This document shows positions 1 to 11,765 of a stretch of DNA of 64,000 nt, one piece after another. The DNA lies in contig NC_043008.1 in the NCBI RefSeq assembly GCF_006345805.1, positions 20,088,001-20,152,000 on the forward strand, written 5' to 3'. Below the pieces are notes generated by a model. The model ran no database searches. It saw only the letters and a program-made list of their open reading frames with translations, and was not told the DNA's origin. Within the stretch, counting starts at the first letter, position 1, and the number at the start of each line of letters is the position of its first letter. The DNA comes from Octopus sinensis. Taxonomy: Eukaryota. Both the position numbers and the translations under genes were made by a program.

Positions 1-297
1 TCTATCGGTCTCTTTTGCCGAACCGCTAAGTGACGGGGACGTAAACACACCAGCATCGGTTGTCAAGCAATGCTAGAGAGACAAACACAGACACACAAAC
101 AAATACACACACATACATATATATATACATATATACGACAGGCTTCTTTCAGTTTCCGTCTACCAAATCCACTCACAAGGCATTGGTCGGCCCGGGGCTA
201 TAGCAGAAGACATTTGCCCAAGATACCACGCAGTGGAACTGAACCCGGAACCATGTGGTTGGTTAGCAAGCTACTTACCACACAGCCACTCCTGCGC
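1..297 (-). mobile_element. tRNA-derived SINE, family B (CORE-like), young copy running off the left edge
   Basis: Minus strand reads GCGCAGGAGTGGCTGTGTGG (box A)...GGTTCCGGGTTCAGTTCC (box B)...TTGGGCAAATGTCTTC (CORE-like). Near-identical to copies at 33972-34420 and 38290-38690. Confidence 0.9.
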
Positions 298-398
298 TAT
301 GTGTAAATACATAAAATACACATGGTATTTAGAATTTTTTTCTTACCCAGAGTAACGGTCTACGACTTGATTATTTTTTAGGATAGGATATTTTACCA

Positions 399-832
399 TA
401 GGAGCAGGCGTGGTTCTATGTTAAGAAGTTTGCTTCCGCACCACAGGGCTCTGGGTTCAGTCAGTCCCACTACATGGAACCTTCGATTCTCGTATAAGCT
501 CGGGATTTCCAGTGTCTTGTGAGTGGATGTGGTCGACGGAATCTGAAAGAGGCCTGTCGTATCTATACTTAGAAATACATAAAATGCACACACATCCACA
601 CACACACACATACATGTGAATGTGTGTGTATGTTTGTCCCCCACCGTCTTCTGACTAACAACCACTGTTGGGGTGTTTACGTAGCTGTGATCTAGCGGTT
701 CGGCTAAGTGACGGATAGAATTACTATCAGGCTTAAAATAAATGAATATGAACTGTGGTTGATTCGTTCGACTAAATTTCTTCTAGATGCTACCCCAGTA
801 TGGCCGCAATATAATGGCTTAAACAAGTAAAC
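399..832 (+). mobile_element. SINE family B, diverged copy
   Basis: Same head, central (CA/TG)n and tail (ccagtatggccgc...aaacaagtaaa) as other family B copies, with many substitutions. Confidence 0.8.
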
Positions 833-1734
833 CGTAAGAGATCATCAGAGCAAATAATTCTCGTTATGTTGGGGAATTGCTGGGAAATCCAAGCAATCAA
901 ACGAAAATAGGTGTATCACTAGACCAGTTACCTGAAACAGTATATGTGCTTCAGAAATACAGGCTATTTGACATTCAGTGTACATTTGCAGATCAAATGC
1001 GGGTCACAATTTTTGTAGCCCCTGGATAGACCCTGATTAAAAATTATATCCATTCTAACTAGCTTCCATATTTTCAAAGAATATATACGTAGGCTATACT
1101 ATAGGGTATAATCCTAAGACGTGTTAATAAAATTTGAAAAGCAATGATATATACTATGCATTTCACTTCATAGATATCGCCCTCAAAGGATACAAAATTT
1201 CTTCCCGTGATGTTGATATAATTTTAATCTAATTAAATACGATAAATTGTCAGTGCTAATTAAATCTCAAATTAGATGTACTTGGTTTCCTGCCGCATTC
1301 AGTAATATGAAGTAATCATCTACTGCACACAGCAATCATAAATAAGGCTAGCAGCGTAATGGATAGGTTAATTTTCATATTTATGATTTTGAGATTTCCT
1401 GATTAAATCAAACATCATAAGAAATACATTGATAGAAATATTTGAATATAAATTACGTATCCTCAAATACTCAATTATGTAAAATCATAAATGGTCTGTT
1501 GATAGACTCATTTACCCCCAGCTTCTCTTTCAATTGTGAAGCTCAAAAGTGTCTATAGAAATGATTCGGAAATACCAGGTTCACAAAGGTTAAACATACA
1601 TTTTTTAATATTCAAATCTGGTCTCCAATTCAAACATAAATATAGTCAATAGAAATAGTTTTCTTCATGTGCTGGGGATAGCAAAAATTTCCATTAAATC
1701 CAACTACCACATACATACTACGCAACTATCTTTC

Positions 1735-1756
1735 TCTATCTATCTATCTATCTATC

Positions 1757-1816
<60 letters not shown>

Positions 1817-1938
1817 GTGTGTGTGTTTTTATGTGTGTGTATGTGTGTGTGAGTGTGTATGTGTGTGTGTATGTGTGTGTGAGTGTGTGTGTGTGTGTGT
1901 ATGTGTGTGTGTATGTGTGTGTGTGCATGTGTGTGTGA
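1735..1938. repeat. Compound microsatellite (TCTA)n(TA)n(TG)n
   Basis: Read directly; it generates the YI/CV/HT ORFs in the track. Confidence 0.95.
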
Positions 1939-3940
1939 TAAGATGGCAATCTCTCGTACTCCGAGAAAGACGCTTCTGTATTTTCTTACTGAGCAAACCT
2001 GCAAAATTCATTCGTTTATTGTGATCAAATGTATGCGTTGTACATTAGTTCATTCCCTCCATCAAATCGACATTACCTGAATGTGTGAATGGTGTACCAT
2101 GTATCAGGTGTCGAATTGATCACAGAGAAACGTGACAAGAACTGTTTTGCACAAGAATACAACAAAACGCTCGGTCTACGAATTGAAATCACGAACTCAC
2201 AATCATGATATTAACACCTAAACCGCTAGGCCATACGCCTGCGTCAAACGCAGACACACTCATAAACACATTTACACATACACACGCACACACACACACA
2301 TATATATACGCATAAGAAGTTGGTGAATGGTTGCTAATTTACACTTGACAAAGGGTCATATTCTGCTTTCCTTTTTCCGGCCAACGTTCGACAGATTTCT
2401 TTCAGGTGTCTTACTAATCTGACATTGCTCTGTCTCTCTTTCATTGATAACGCATGATTCTAGTGCAGTGCATTATAGGACAAAACCTTCTTTTAAGATT
2501 TCTCCTGCTAGCAATACACGCTACTTAAATTTCTCTTCCACACTTCAGATATTTTTTTTTTCATATCCGTGTAAACTGCCAAACAGGTTCCAACCGAATT
2601 CTTTTTACTATCTATCATTTTTTTTATTAATTATTTCTGTTTCAGTTAATCTTTCCTAATGCTAGAATTTCTCACTTTTAAATGTTAACACCTATTTGCG
2701 ACATGTTCAGACACGTGTGTTCCATTTTTACTCTTTCCAAACCTTGTTTACTTTTCCTTTTCGCTGTAGTTAAGCATAGCCACATAATTAATATCCTTTC
2801 GTAGATTCTGTTTTCTGTTTTCCAAATCCATAATAGTTATTTACTTCTTTTTTTTTTGCTTTTGCTTTGTTGCTTTTGACTTATATTTTATCTAATTTGC
2901 TGCTTTACGGGAATTTTGATGGCAAATAAACAAGCAATAGCTTTCAAAATTGAGATATATGTTGCAAATAATCTGCTCAGATGGTTATCCTTGCTGTCAA
3001 TAATTGCTATCAGTTGATTTCTGTTCTGTAGCTGAATTATATATAAATGAATCTACGTATGTTTAATGCTAAAGCATAAGGCAACAGATATACACAAGAA
3101 CTTTCAACATAACATAAGAAAAAATAACATTCCATCAATTTGCACACCATTGCTGGAGCGAATATTCCCAGGGCAAGTTAAACTCTGCTTGAAAATTACC
3201 TAAAGAAAAATTGAAGCTGTGATACACGCCAGTCAATCTGTTTGTATACTTGTAAATATTCATTCAGTAATTTTATCTCAGATATTCCTGGTCCCTTATC
3301 AGACTGAGGAATTTCCACTGATAACAATCGTTCTGAAACGAAAAGTGAAATGGGTAAAGATTGGAAAATATCACCAGAACTAAATCTTCGCTGAGTGGTG
3401 AAATATGTGATTTTGCAAAACAGTGCGATAGGTTGCTTGGGATAGAACCACTCCAAAAGGAAAGTTTTATTGGGATATTATAGTTGTAGATCATTTTCAG
3501 GTTGGCTCTGAGACACTGGGCAGCGACTCCAGTCTACATGACGGTCCAGGAGAGCAAAAACTACACGTCGTAGTCATGAAGTGAAGCAATACCTGCGACA
3601 ATTCTAGTAAAAATGACCACCTTCAGGCCTTTTGTCCCATCATTCAAAAAGGCAACTGAAATGACGTCCACAGTACTGCCAGGCAACCGCTCAGCATCAA
3701 CCACAGGAACAAGAGCAGAAACTTAAACAGCAGAAGCAACTGCTGCATGCAACTGCGTTATGCAGCTTCAACATGCAACTTCAGCAACGTTTAGTACTGT
3801 CCGTTCAACAATATTCCATAGAAATATGGAATTGAAAATAGAATGGCTGTGTTTCAATTACACCTACATCCACAGACATAAGTATGTGATTCTGTGTATG
3901 TGTGTGTGTATTTGTGTGTGTGTGTGTATGTGTGTGTATG

Positions 3941-3982
<42 letters not shown>

Positions 3983-4053
3983 CATTTCACGGATGCAATA
4001 GGCATGAGCAAGAGGAGAGCTGTTATTAATTGTTAATATATTCAAGCGTTAAC

Positions 4054-4625
4054 GCGGCGAGCTGGCAGAAACGTTAGCACGCCGGGCGAAATGCTTAGCA
4101 GTATTTCGTCTGTCACTACGTTCTGAGTTCAGATTCCGCCGAAGTCGACTTTGCTTTTCATCCTTTCCTGGTCGATTAAATAAGTACCAGTTAGGCACTG
4201 GGGTCGATATAATCGACTTAATCCCTTTTTCTGTCCTTGTTTGTCCCCTCTGTGTGTAGCCCATTGTGGGTAGTAAAGAAATAAGTATTTCGTCTGTTGC
4301 TACGTATTGAGTTCAAATTCCGCCGAGGTCGACTTTGCCTTTCATCCTTTCCTGGTCGATTAAATAAGTACCAGTTACGCACTGGGGTCGATATAATCGA
4401 CTTAATCCGTTTGTCTGTCCTTGTTCGTCCCATCTGTGTGTAGCCCCTTGTGGGCAGTAAAGAAATAAGAATCGTTAGCGCATCATACAAAAGACTTAGC
4501 GGCATTTCCTCCGTCTTTTCGTCCTGAGTTCAAATTCCACCGCGGTCAGCTTTACCTTTCATCGTTTCGCGGTCAATAAAATGAGTTCCTGTTGAGCTCT
4601 GGTGTTTATGTAATCTACTTACCCA
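4054..4625 (+). mobile_element. tRNA-derived SINE family A, tandem of one full and two partial monomers
   Basis: GGCGAGCTGGCAGAAACG (box A), GAGTTCAGATTCC (box B), central GTCGACTTTGCTTTTCATCCTTTCCTGGTCGATTAAATAAGTACCAG (resembles the Meta-SINE domain, from memory). Second monomer starts near 4286 after AAAGAAATAAG. Confidence 0.9.
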
Positions 4626-5380
4626 CTTCTTTGAAATTGTTGGTCGTCTGATAAAATTTGAAACCAATATATGCGGGCTTTCAGATTTCGCCATGTAATT
4701 TTGATGTTACAGCATTTTGTTTTCAAAAATCAGCAAATGACAATCACATCCTAGTATTTTCTATAAGATCTCTAAAAAAACTATTATCAGTAGTGAATAA
4801 TTTAATAACAAGATACAAATTTCATAGCTGTGTTACTGAAATTTATTGAAATTTGAATTTCATAACGATTTGTTAAATTGGTTAAAAAACCACAATATGT
4901 AGTTCAATTGAATCTTGCTCATTATATTTTCTGTGTCTATTTTAGTTAGTTCTGATGTTTTACTGAAACTTCCCCAGGGTGATAAAGGAAAAATTGGAAC
5001 TACAATGAATTAGGAATTTGAAAGTAAAAATACGAAAACAAAAATTTAAACTAAAGTCTCGAAAGTTTGTAGACCGACACTCTAGTATTACAACAAAATT
5101 TATGATGCCAATTTTACTGTATATTGCAATGAAATAGTTTAAATATAATTAACCTAATGCATCAAATTATACTTTCTAACAAATAAAAAGAGAAACGTTA
5201 TTCCTATGTGTAGAAATATGATGTTTAATAATAATACTAGTTTTGTATTTTTGGTACGGATTTGTTAGTTTTAGAGAGAAGTAGAAAAATTCATCATACG
5301 CAATACGCATGATTCCGACTTAGTTCCACGAGACCACGCAACATGTTTGTAATATATCTAAATATATCAATATATATATA

Positions 5381-5795
5381 TAGGCGCAGGAGTGGCTGTG
5401 TGGTAAGTAGCTTGCTAACCAGCCACATGGTTCCGGGTTCCTTCCCTCTGCGTGAGACTTTGGGCAAGTGTCTTCTACTATAGCCTCGGGCCGACCAAAG
5501 CCTTGTGAGTGGATTTGGTAGACGGAAAATGAAAGAAGCCCGTCGTATATATGTATATATATATATGTGTGTGTGTGAGTTTGTGTGTCTGTGTTTGTTC
5601 CTCCAACATCGCTCGACAACCGATGATGGTGTGTTTCGTCCCCGTAACTTAGCGGTTCGGCAAAAGTGACCGATAGAATAAGTACTAGGCTTACAAAGAA
5701 TAAGTCCTGGGGTCGATTTGCTCGACTAAAGGTGGTGCTCCAGCATGGCCGCAGTCAAATGACTGAAACAAGTAAAAGCGTAAAAGAGTAAAATA
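5381..5795 (+). mobile_element. SINE family B, full length
   Basis: TAGGCGCAGGAGTGGCTGTGTGG head; tail GGTGCTCCAGCATGGCCGCAGTCAAATGACTGAAACAAGTAAAAG. Confidence 0.92.
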
Positions 5796-5846
5796 GTGTC
5801 TATGTTTATGTATATTTGGGTGTATGTGGGCATATATACTCGCCCA

Positions 5847-6262
5847 AAGGCGGCGAACCAGCAGAATCGCTAGCGCGCCGGGCGAAATGCTTAGCGGTAT
5901 TTCGCCCGCCACTACGTTCTGAGTTCAAATTCCGCCGAGGTCGACTTTGCTTTTCATCTTTTCGGGGTCGGTTAAATAAGTACCAGTTACGCACTGGGGT
6001 CGATAGAATCGACTTAATCCGTTTGTCTATCCTTGTTTGTCCCCTCTGTGTTTAGCCCCTTGTGGGTAATAAAGAAATAGGTATTTCGCCCGCCACTACG
6101 TTCTGAGTTCAAATTCCGCCGAGATCGACTTTACCTTCCATCCTTTCGGGGTCGATTAAATAAGTATCAGTTACGCACTGAGGTTGATGTAATCGACTTA
6201 ATCCGTTTGTCTATCCTTGTTCGTCCCCTCTGTGTTTATCCCCTTGTGGGTAGAAAAGTAAT
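5847..6262 (+). mobile_element. SINE family A dimer
   Basis: Full monomer, then a monomer lacking box A from about 6081. Confidence 0.9.
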
Positions 6263-6389
6263 GGTACATATACACGCCCAAGTGCATTCTTGGAGGAATG
6301 CATTATTGGAGTGAATGGGTTCGACCAAGAACAAAAAAGAAACAAAAACATGTACATATGTGTCTCTGTGTATTTGTGTGTGTGAAAGA

Positions 6390-6570
6390 GGGTGTTAGAA
6401 CACCTACAATGCTAGAAATGAGAGCTAAAGTACATTTATGTTGCAGTCAACGCGTATAAGTGTACACATACATATTGACAGCAACGATAAACGGTCGAAA
6501 AGGGCAATCATGATATACCTACCCCGTTGATGGCTTCAGCTTTAACACCGAAGCTTCTTCAGTACGGTCG
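6390..6570 (-). mobile_element. Small repeat carrying a decayed hammerhead-like motif (Penelope-type)
   Basis: Minus strand CCGTA-CTGAAGA-AGCTT cggtgtta AAGCT-GAAGC-CATC-AACGG, followed by a ~65-bp motif (tttagctctcatttctagcattgtaggtgttct) also at 6745-6808 and 7536-7590. Confidence 0.55.
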
Positions 6571-6820
6571 GCACCACTCGCCGGATTCAAGATAAGATCG
6601 CCACGGGTATATATGCCTATTCCATGCAAATCTATGGATAATTTAGCGAATCGTTAATGTGCATGCAGATAATTAAATTAGACAGCAGTTTAGCAAAATA
6701 TCACCAAAAGGCAAAACTATAATTGTCATTGAATGTGGCAGACGGTGTTAGAAAGCCCACACTGCTAGAAATAAGAGCTATAACGTGCTCTGATGTTGCA
6801 GTCAACACATATAATTGTAT

Positions 6821-6940
6821 CTTTTACTATCTTTTACTTACTTCAGTCATTTGACTGTGGCCATGTCGGAGCACCGCCGGGCACACAAACATATACACAC
6901 ACATACATTCATAAATATCTACATACATACATATATATGC

Positions 6941-7015
<75 letters not shown>

Positions 7016-7180
7016 TACGACGGGCTTCTTTTAGCTTCCCTCTACCAAATCCTCTAACAAGGCTTTGGTCGGCCCAATACTATTGTAGAAGACACTTGCT
7101 CAAGGTGCCACGCAGTGGGACTGAACCCGGAACCATGTATTACGTAAGCAAGCTCCTTACCACACAGCCACTCCTACGCC
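6821..7180 (-). mobile_element. SINE family B with internal deletion and expanded (TA)n
   Basis: Head at 7180 (ccacacagccactcctacgcc on +); tail cttcagtcatttgactgtggccatg at 6841-6865. Confidence 0.85.
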
Positions 7181-7240
7181 CATGTATACATACATACTGA
7201 TATCAAACCTACCGAAGAGGCTTCGGCTACCTGGCAGAAA

Positions 7241-7478
7241 AGGTGGCGAGCTGGCAGAATGGTTAGCACGGCGGGCGAAATTCTTTGCGGTATTTTGTCT
7301 GCCGCTACGTTCTGAGTTCAAATTCCGCCAAGGTCGACTTTGCCTTTGATTCTTTCGGGATCGATTAAATAAGTACCAGTTACGCACTGGGGTCGATATA
7401 ATCGACTTAATTTGTTTGTTTCTCCTTGTTTGTCCTCTCTGTGTTTAGCCTATTGTGGGTAGTAACGAAATAGGTATT
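7241..7478 (+). mobile_element. SINE family A inserted into a hammerhead-like motif
   Basis: Full monomer. The flanks join to give CCGAAGA-GGCTT...AAGCC-GAAC-CGTC-GACGG. Confidence 0.88.
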
Positions 7479-7682
7479 AAAGCCGAACCGTCGACGGTAC
7501 AGGGGTATAACGACAGCCGATTTCGGGCGTTTACTGCAGCAGCAAAGTACTTTAGCTCTTATTTCTAGCAGTGTAGGTGTTCTTACATCCTCTGTCATAT
7601 TTAATGACAAATATAATTTCCTTTTTGGTGATACATTGCTAGACTACAGCCTAATTATATTATTTGTACACACACACATACG

Positions 7683-7975
7683 TATATAGCAAATGAAAGA
7701 CAGTGGTGCAGATGTGTCTCGTCGAATGATAAATAAATAGATACAACTCGTTAAAATGACTGTTCTGCAATGTAATTTTCCGTTTTGTAGAACACTCATT
7801 TTAACGAGTTGTGTTTATTTGTTTATCAGCCGACGAGACACATCTGCGCCACCGGATCCTCCTCAGCCAGTTGTTCCTCATCCAAGAGGAATCGATGCTA
7901 GATGTGTCGAAACAATTGTCATGATGAATAAAAAATTCTCGTATATTCCATCTTCTGTCTTTCATTTACTATATA
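7683..7975 (+). mobile_element. Fold-back element with 21-bp terminal inverted repeats, internal ~68-bp hairpin and hammerhead-like motif
   Basis: TIRs tatatagcaaatgaaagacag (7683-7703) / ctgtctttcatttactatata (7955-7975). Hairpin arms 7703-7770 / 7785-7852. The 3' ~110 bp recur at 18090-18192. Confidence 0.7.
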
Positions 7976-8039
7976 CCTAACGATCACTCTGAAAGTGACC
8001 GTACTTTACAATTCAGCTACAAGGTTTAACCTCACTAAA

Positions 8040-8430
8040 GTCCAACTCCTCCTTAAAGCGGTAGGGTGGTGTAAACGGGCAGTGTCAGAGCTATGCCATC
8101 AGTTTCTGGTAGGGCCACCGAGGTCGGATTGGTCTGGTACCGAACGGTATTAGGGCCCCAGCCTGGCCAACGGGGCTCTGGTGAAAATTCCAAGAGGTGT
8201 CTGATCGGCAACCGGCAGCTTCGAGGTCGTTTCGTCCCTGCGTCTGTGGAGACTCCGCGGCAAACAGGGAGTCCCGTCACTCGGGATATGCATGAAGGAT
8301 GTCGGGGACCGCTTGTGAATTCAATATTCCCACGAAACCTCTATGAATCCTACTACTTGCCGTCAGGACCGGAGAAGAAGCCAGCTCAACCTGCCCTGGG
8401 TGAACGCCGTCACAATTACAAGTAAGAAGT
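8040..8430 (+). mobile_element. 5' region of an RTE/BovB-like LINE (isolated fragment)
   Basis: GC-rich island. GAGCTATGCC...AGGGCCACCGAGGTCGGA resembles the conserved RTE-BovB 5' leader (from memory). No downstream endonuclease or RT. Confidence 0.55.
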
Positions 8431-8496
8431 ACCAGGTGTAAACCATCGTTTTCTTATCCATTATATATATATATATATAATATATTATATATATAT

Positions 8497-8781
8497 CACG
8501 TGATCACGTGACCGACCAGACCATCAGATGTTGTTACACATCGGTGGTCACAATGCGTTGGCATTGTTTTAGCCTTCGAATGACGCCACACCGCTGGCTA
8601 AGCGAGCAGGCCAACAAAAGAAAGAGTGGGAGAAAGAGTGGTGAAAGAGTACAGCAGGGATCACCACCCCCTGCCGGAGCCTCATGGAGCTTTAAGGTGT
8701 TTTCGCTCAATAAACACTCACAACGCCCGGTCTGGGAATCGAAACCGCTATCCTGCGACCGCGAGTCCACTGCCCTAACCA
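8497..8781 (-). mobile_element. tRNA-derived SINE family C
   Basis: Minus strand GTGGTTAGGGCAGTGGACTCGCGGTCGCAGGATAGCGGTTTCGATTCCCAGACCGGGCG (tRNA-like, box B); body shared with 24851-25143 and 52210-52434. Confidence 0.85.
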
Positions 8782-8789
8782 CTATATAT

Positions 8790-9917
8790 ATATATACACA
8801 TATTTTGGGTCATTGCTGCATTTCTTGCTAACTCTGTATAATCTTTGTTTCAGAAAATAATAATTGCAGACTCTCAGCTTACTTATAAAGGCTCAGCATA
8901 GCTATTTAGAAATATCTCGATTTTTAAAAGTTGCCAGATCTTTCGTCTACAATGTTTGCAGGGAGCTAGCGACTCAAGATGGAAACGTATCACCAGTATC
9001 AAAGTATAAACAATATTCTAAACGCTCTGAAATCATCAGAACAACTGAATTATTCCAAGTTCAACAGGCCATTCATTACAATCCCAGAAATTCATGAGAT
9101 CAATTGCAAATGATCTCCATGTGTCAGATGGAATAGTTAGAATTGTTGTCCACGAAGAGATCAGGTAAATTTTCAGAAAAAGCAAATGAAATTCATTACA
9201 TCAGATTTAAAAGGCTCTTGAATAAACTTTAAAATCCAGTAGAAGATTTGAATTGCTTTTACTCAAACGAGATAATCAAAATGTTAACAGCAGAAATGAC
9301 AGATGGTTATGTGCAGACCCTTCTGAAGTTTCAAGCGTTATGTAAAGAAAATTTCCCGCAACTGTCATCGTTTAATGGTTGTCAGCAATGAAGAACATGT
9401 GATGCCTCATATATCTTTCCACAAGGCTTTACAGTTAACTCAGCCGCCTACATTGGGATCCTGAAAATAATTGTTAAGTCCTGGAAGACTCTGCACTATC
9501 ACACAAGGCTCTAGTAACACAGGAATGGATGTCTGAAAATTTTCATGATCATGTAACCCATAACATTTGGCCTCCTTTTTCCCTAGATCTCAATCCATTG
9601 GACTATTACATGTGGAGTATTCTTGAGAGAGAGGCCAATGAACACGACCATGACACCAATGATTCTTTGAAAGCTGCCATAGTCAGAGTAATGTCCAAAA
9701 TGAACCAGGACCACTTGATCCGAGCATGTAGATGATTTAGATCTCATATAGAAGCAGTTGTTGAAGCTGAAGGTGGCATTATTGAATAACATTATAGAAA
9801 AGAAGGTTTAATTTTGTCCTCATAGCATTTTTTGATAAACAATGTTGTCTGATATGATATATCTGTTTTCTCTATATAAACATAAATCTGTACTCAAATA
9901 GCTGACGCATCCTTTAT
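8790..9917 (+). mobile_element. Decayed Tc1/mariner transposon (probably maT/DD37D-like) with frameshifted transposase
   Basis: N-terminal frame IKAQHSYLEISRFLKVARSFVYNVCREL...IRTTE...NPRNS (8864-9097). C-terminal WPPFSLDLNPLDYYMWSILERE...DSLKAAIVRVM (9529-9735) matches the WPPxSPDLNPLD motif. Probable 3' TIR remnant near 9890-9917; 5' TIR not seen. Confidence 0.85.
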
Positions 9918-11074
9918 CATCAACGTTATGTATCCCCTGAAGCCCCACTGCATTCGCCTCCATAAACGTGGTATGCGTACGCAAACTCTTACACACCCGC
10001 ACATGTACATCTATACAGGCCAGCACGCACGCACACACACTCATACACGCACACACCAACACACATCTATGAATGTATATTTCTATCTTTTCATCCTGAT
10101 TCAGCAGACTCACTCTAACGCCTTTAAATGCGGTCGCTACGTGCAAGTCTGCCATTCCCATGGTCATAATAGATGCATCAGCAGCTGACACAGAATTCTC
10201 CGGGTGTAGATCCGCGGACTTTCGAGACCGGCGGATGCCTAACTATATACGTATGTATAAATGTATGTCTTTCATGTTTGTAAAATATGGTAGAAAAAAA
10301 AAAGATATAAAAACCTTTTCAGGAATAAGCTGACAATTCTCAGAAAAAAACCTCACAAGTCAACGACATGTGGAATCCATGTCAGTGCTTAATATCAGCA
10401 GAAATATCTAAATCCACTTCTTTTTCTAACGACAACTGCAGAGTAAATGGATAGTGAAGTCCTACCGCATTCATAGATACACAAAACTGTAGATAAATAT
10501 TAATATCTGGAACTACGAAATAGGAGAAAGATTGTCGAAGGTTGTGTATGAGAGTTCCATAATGTATTTTGTGTCTAAATATCAGTTTGCACTGGAAACA
10601 TATCCACTGACATCCAAATGCACGTCGAGTTAAATATGGTCGCAGCAGTATTATAAAAGCATTCGACCGAGCAAAAATGGAAAATCCGGATTTTACAGAT
10701 AAGCTTTGTTTCAAACAAATCTTTAGTAGCCGCTAATATCTCATGTAGTTTTTGTCTTTAATACTTGTCATTCATTCTTGTCATTTATTCAGTTCTCAGA
10801 TAAAGCACACAGTTTATGTTCTTTGTCGATAAATCCTTCTTAAGCCCGTGCTGTCGTCTTCATATTACATAAAAGCTACTCATGTTTACAGCTGTACCAA
10901 ATGTCCTTTTTAGTGTTTAGCACTAGAAATCTCTTAGGTATTACAACCTGTATACGGTAGCATAATATATCTGAAAGAACTAACGCGTACATCCATAGTC
11001 AGCCAAAAGTATGAGCGTGAGTGTATGTATGCTTCTGTTTTACGCTTCTACAACGTAAATATATGTACATGTGC

Positions 11075-11079
11075 ATATG

Positions 11080-11135
<56 letters not shown>

Positions 11136-11150
11136 AATATATATATATAG

Positions 11151-11189
<39 letters not shown>

Positions 11190-11765
11190 TATATATATAA
11201 TATATATATATATATATACATAATATATATATATATATAATATATATATATATATAATATAGACAAGCTGCTTTCCGGATCCAGATGAACCCACTGCAAG
11301 GTACGAAGGTAACCTAAGGGCAGCAGCTACAAACTCTCTCTTAGATCAGTGGCCAGCCACGGCAAACTGGACTTAGAGAGGGTAGCAACAAGGGCGGTGC
11401 CCAGCATGCCTCAGCCGGATGGCTGAAACAAGTAAAAGAGTAAAGAGTATATATAATATATATTATATAATATATTATAGTATATGTTTAATAATATTAT
11501 ATATATATACATATATAATATATCTGTATATATATATATGCATATAAATATTTATATATATATATATATATTATAGACATTTATACACATACATATATAC
11601 ATATATATAAACACACATCTACATATTATATATATATATATATATATACATACATACATATATTTATACATATATATATATACATATATATATATAATAT
11701 GTTTGTGTGTGTGTGTGTGTGTGTGCGTGTTTGTGTGTGTGTGTGTATGTATATATATATATAAT
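11075..11765. repeat. (TA)n/(TG)n microsatellite blocks
   Basis: Read directly; interrupted by a 180-bp element at 11270-11447. Confidence 0.9.
11270..11447 (+). mobile_element. 3' fragment of a retroposon sharing the family B tail
   Basis: Unrelated body, then GGCGGTGCCCAGCATGCCTCAGCCGGATGGCTGAAACAAGTAAAAGAGTAAAGAG. Confidence 0.65.

Noticed and set aside
8023-8100. HDV-like ribozyme (GGTTTAA / TTAAAGC-GG, loop-like TCCAAC)
   Set aside because: P1 is 6/7 bp, but P3 and J4/2 do not fit in this copy.
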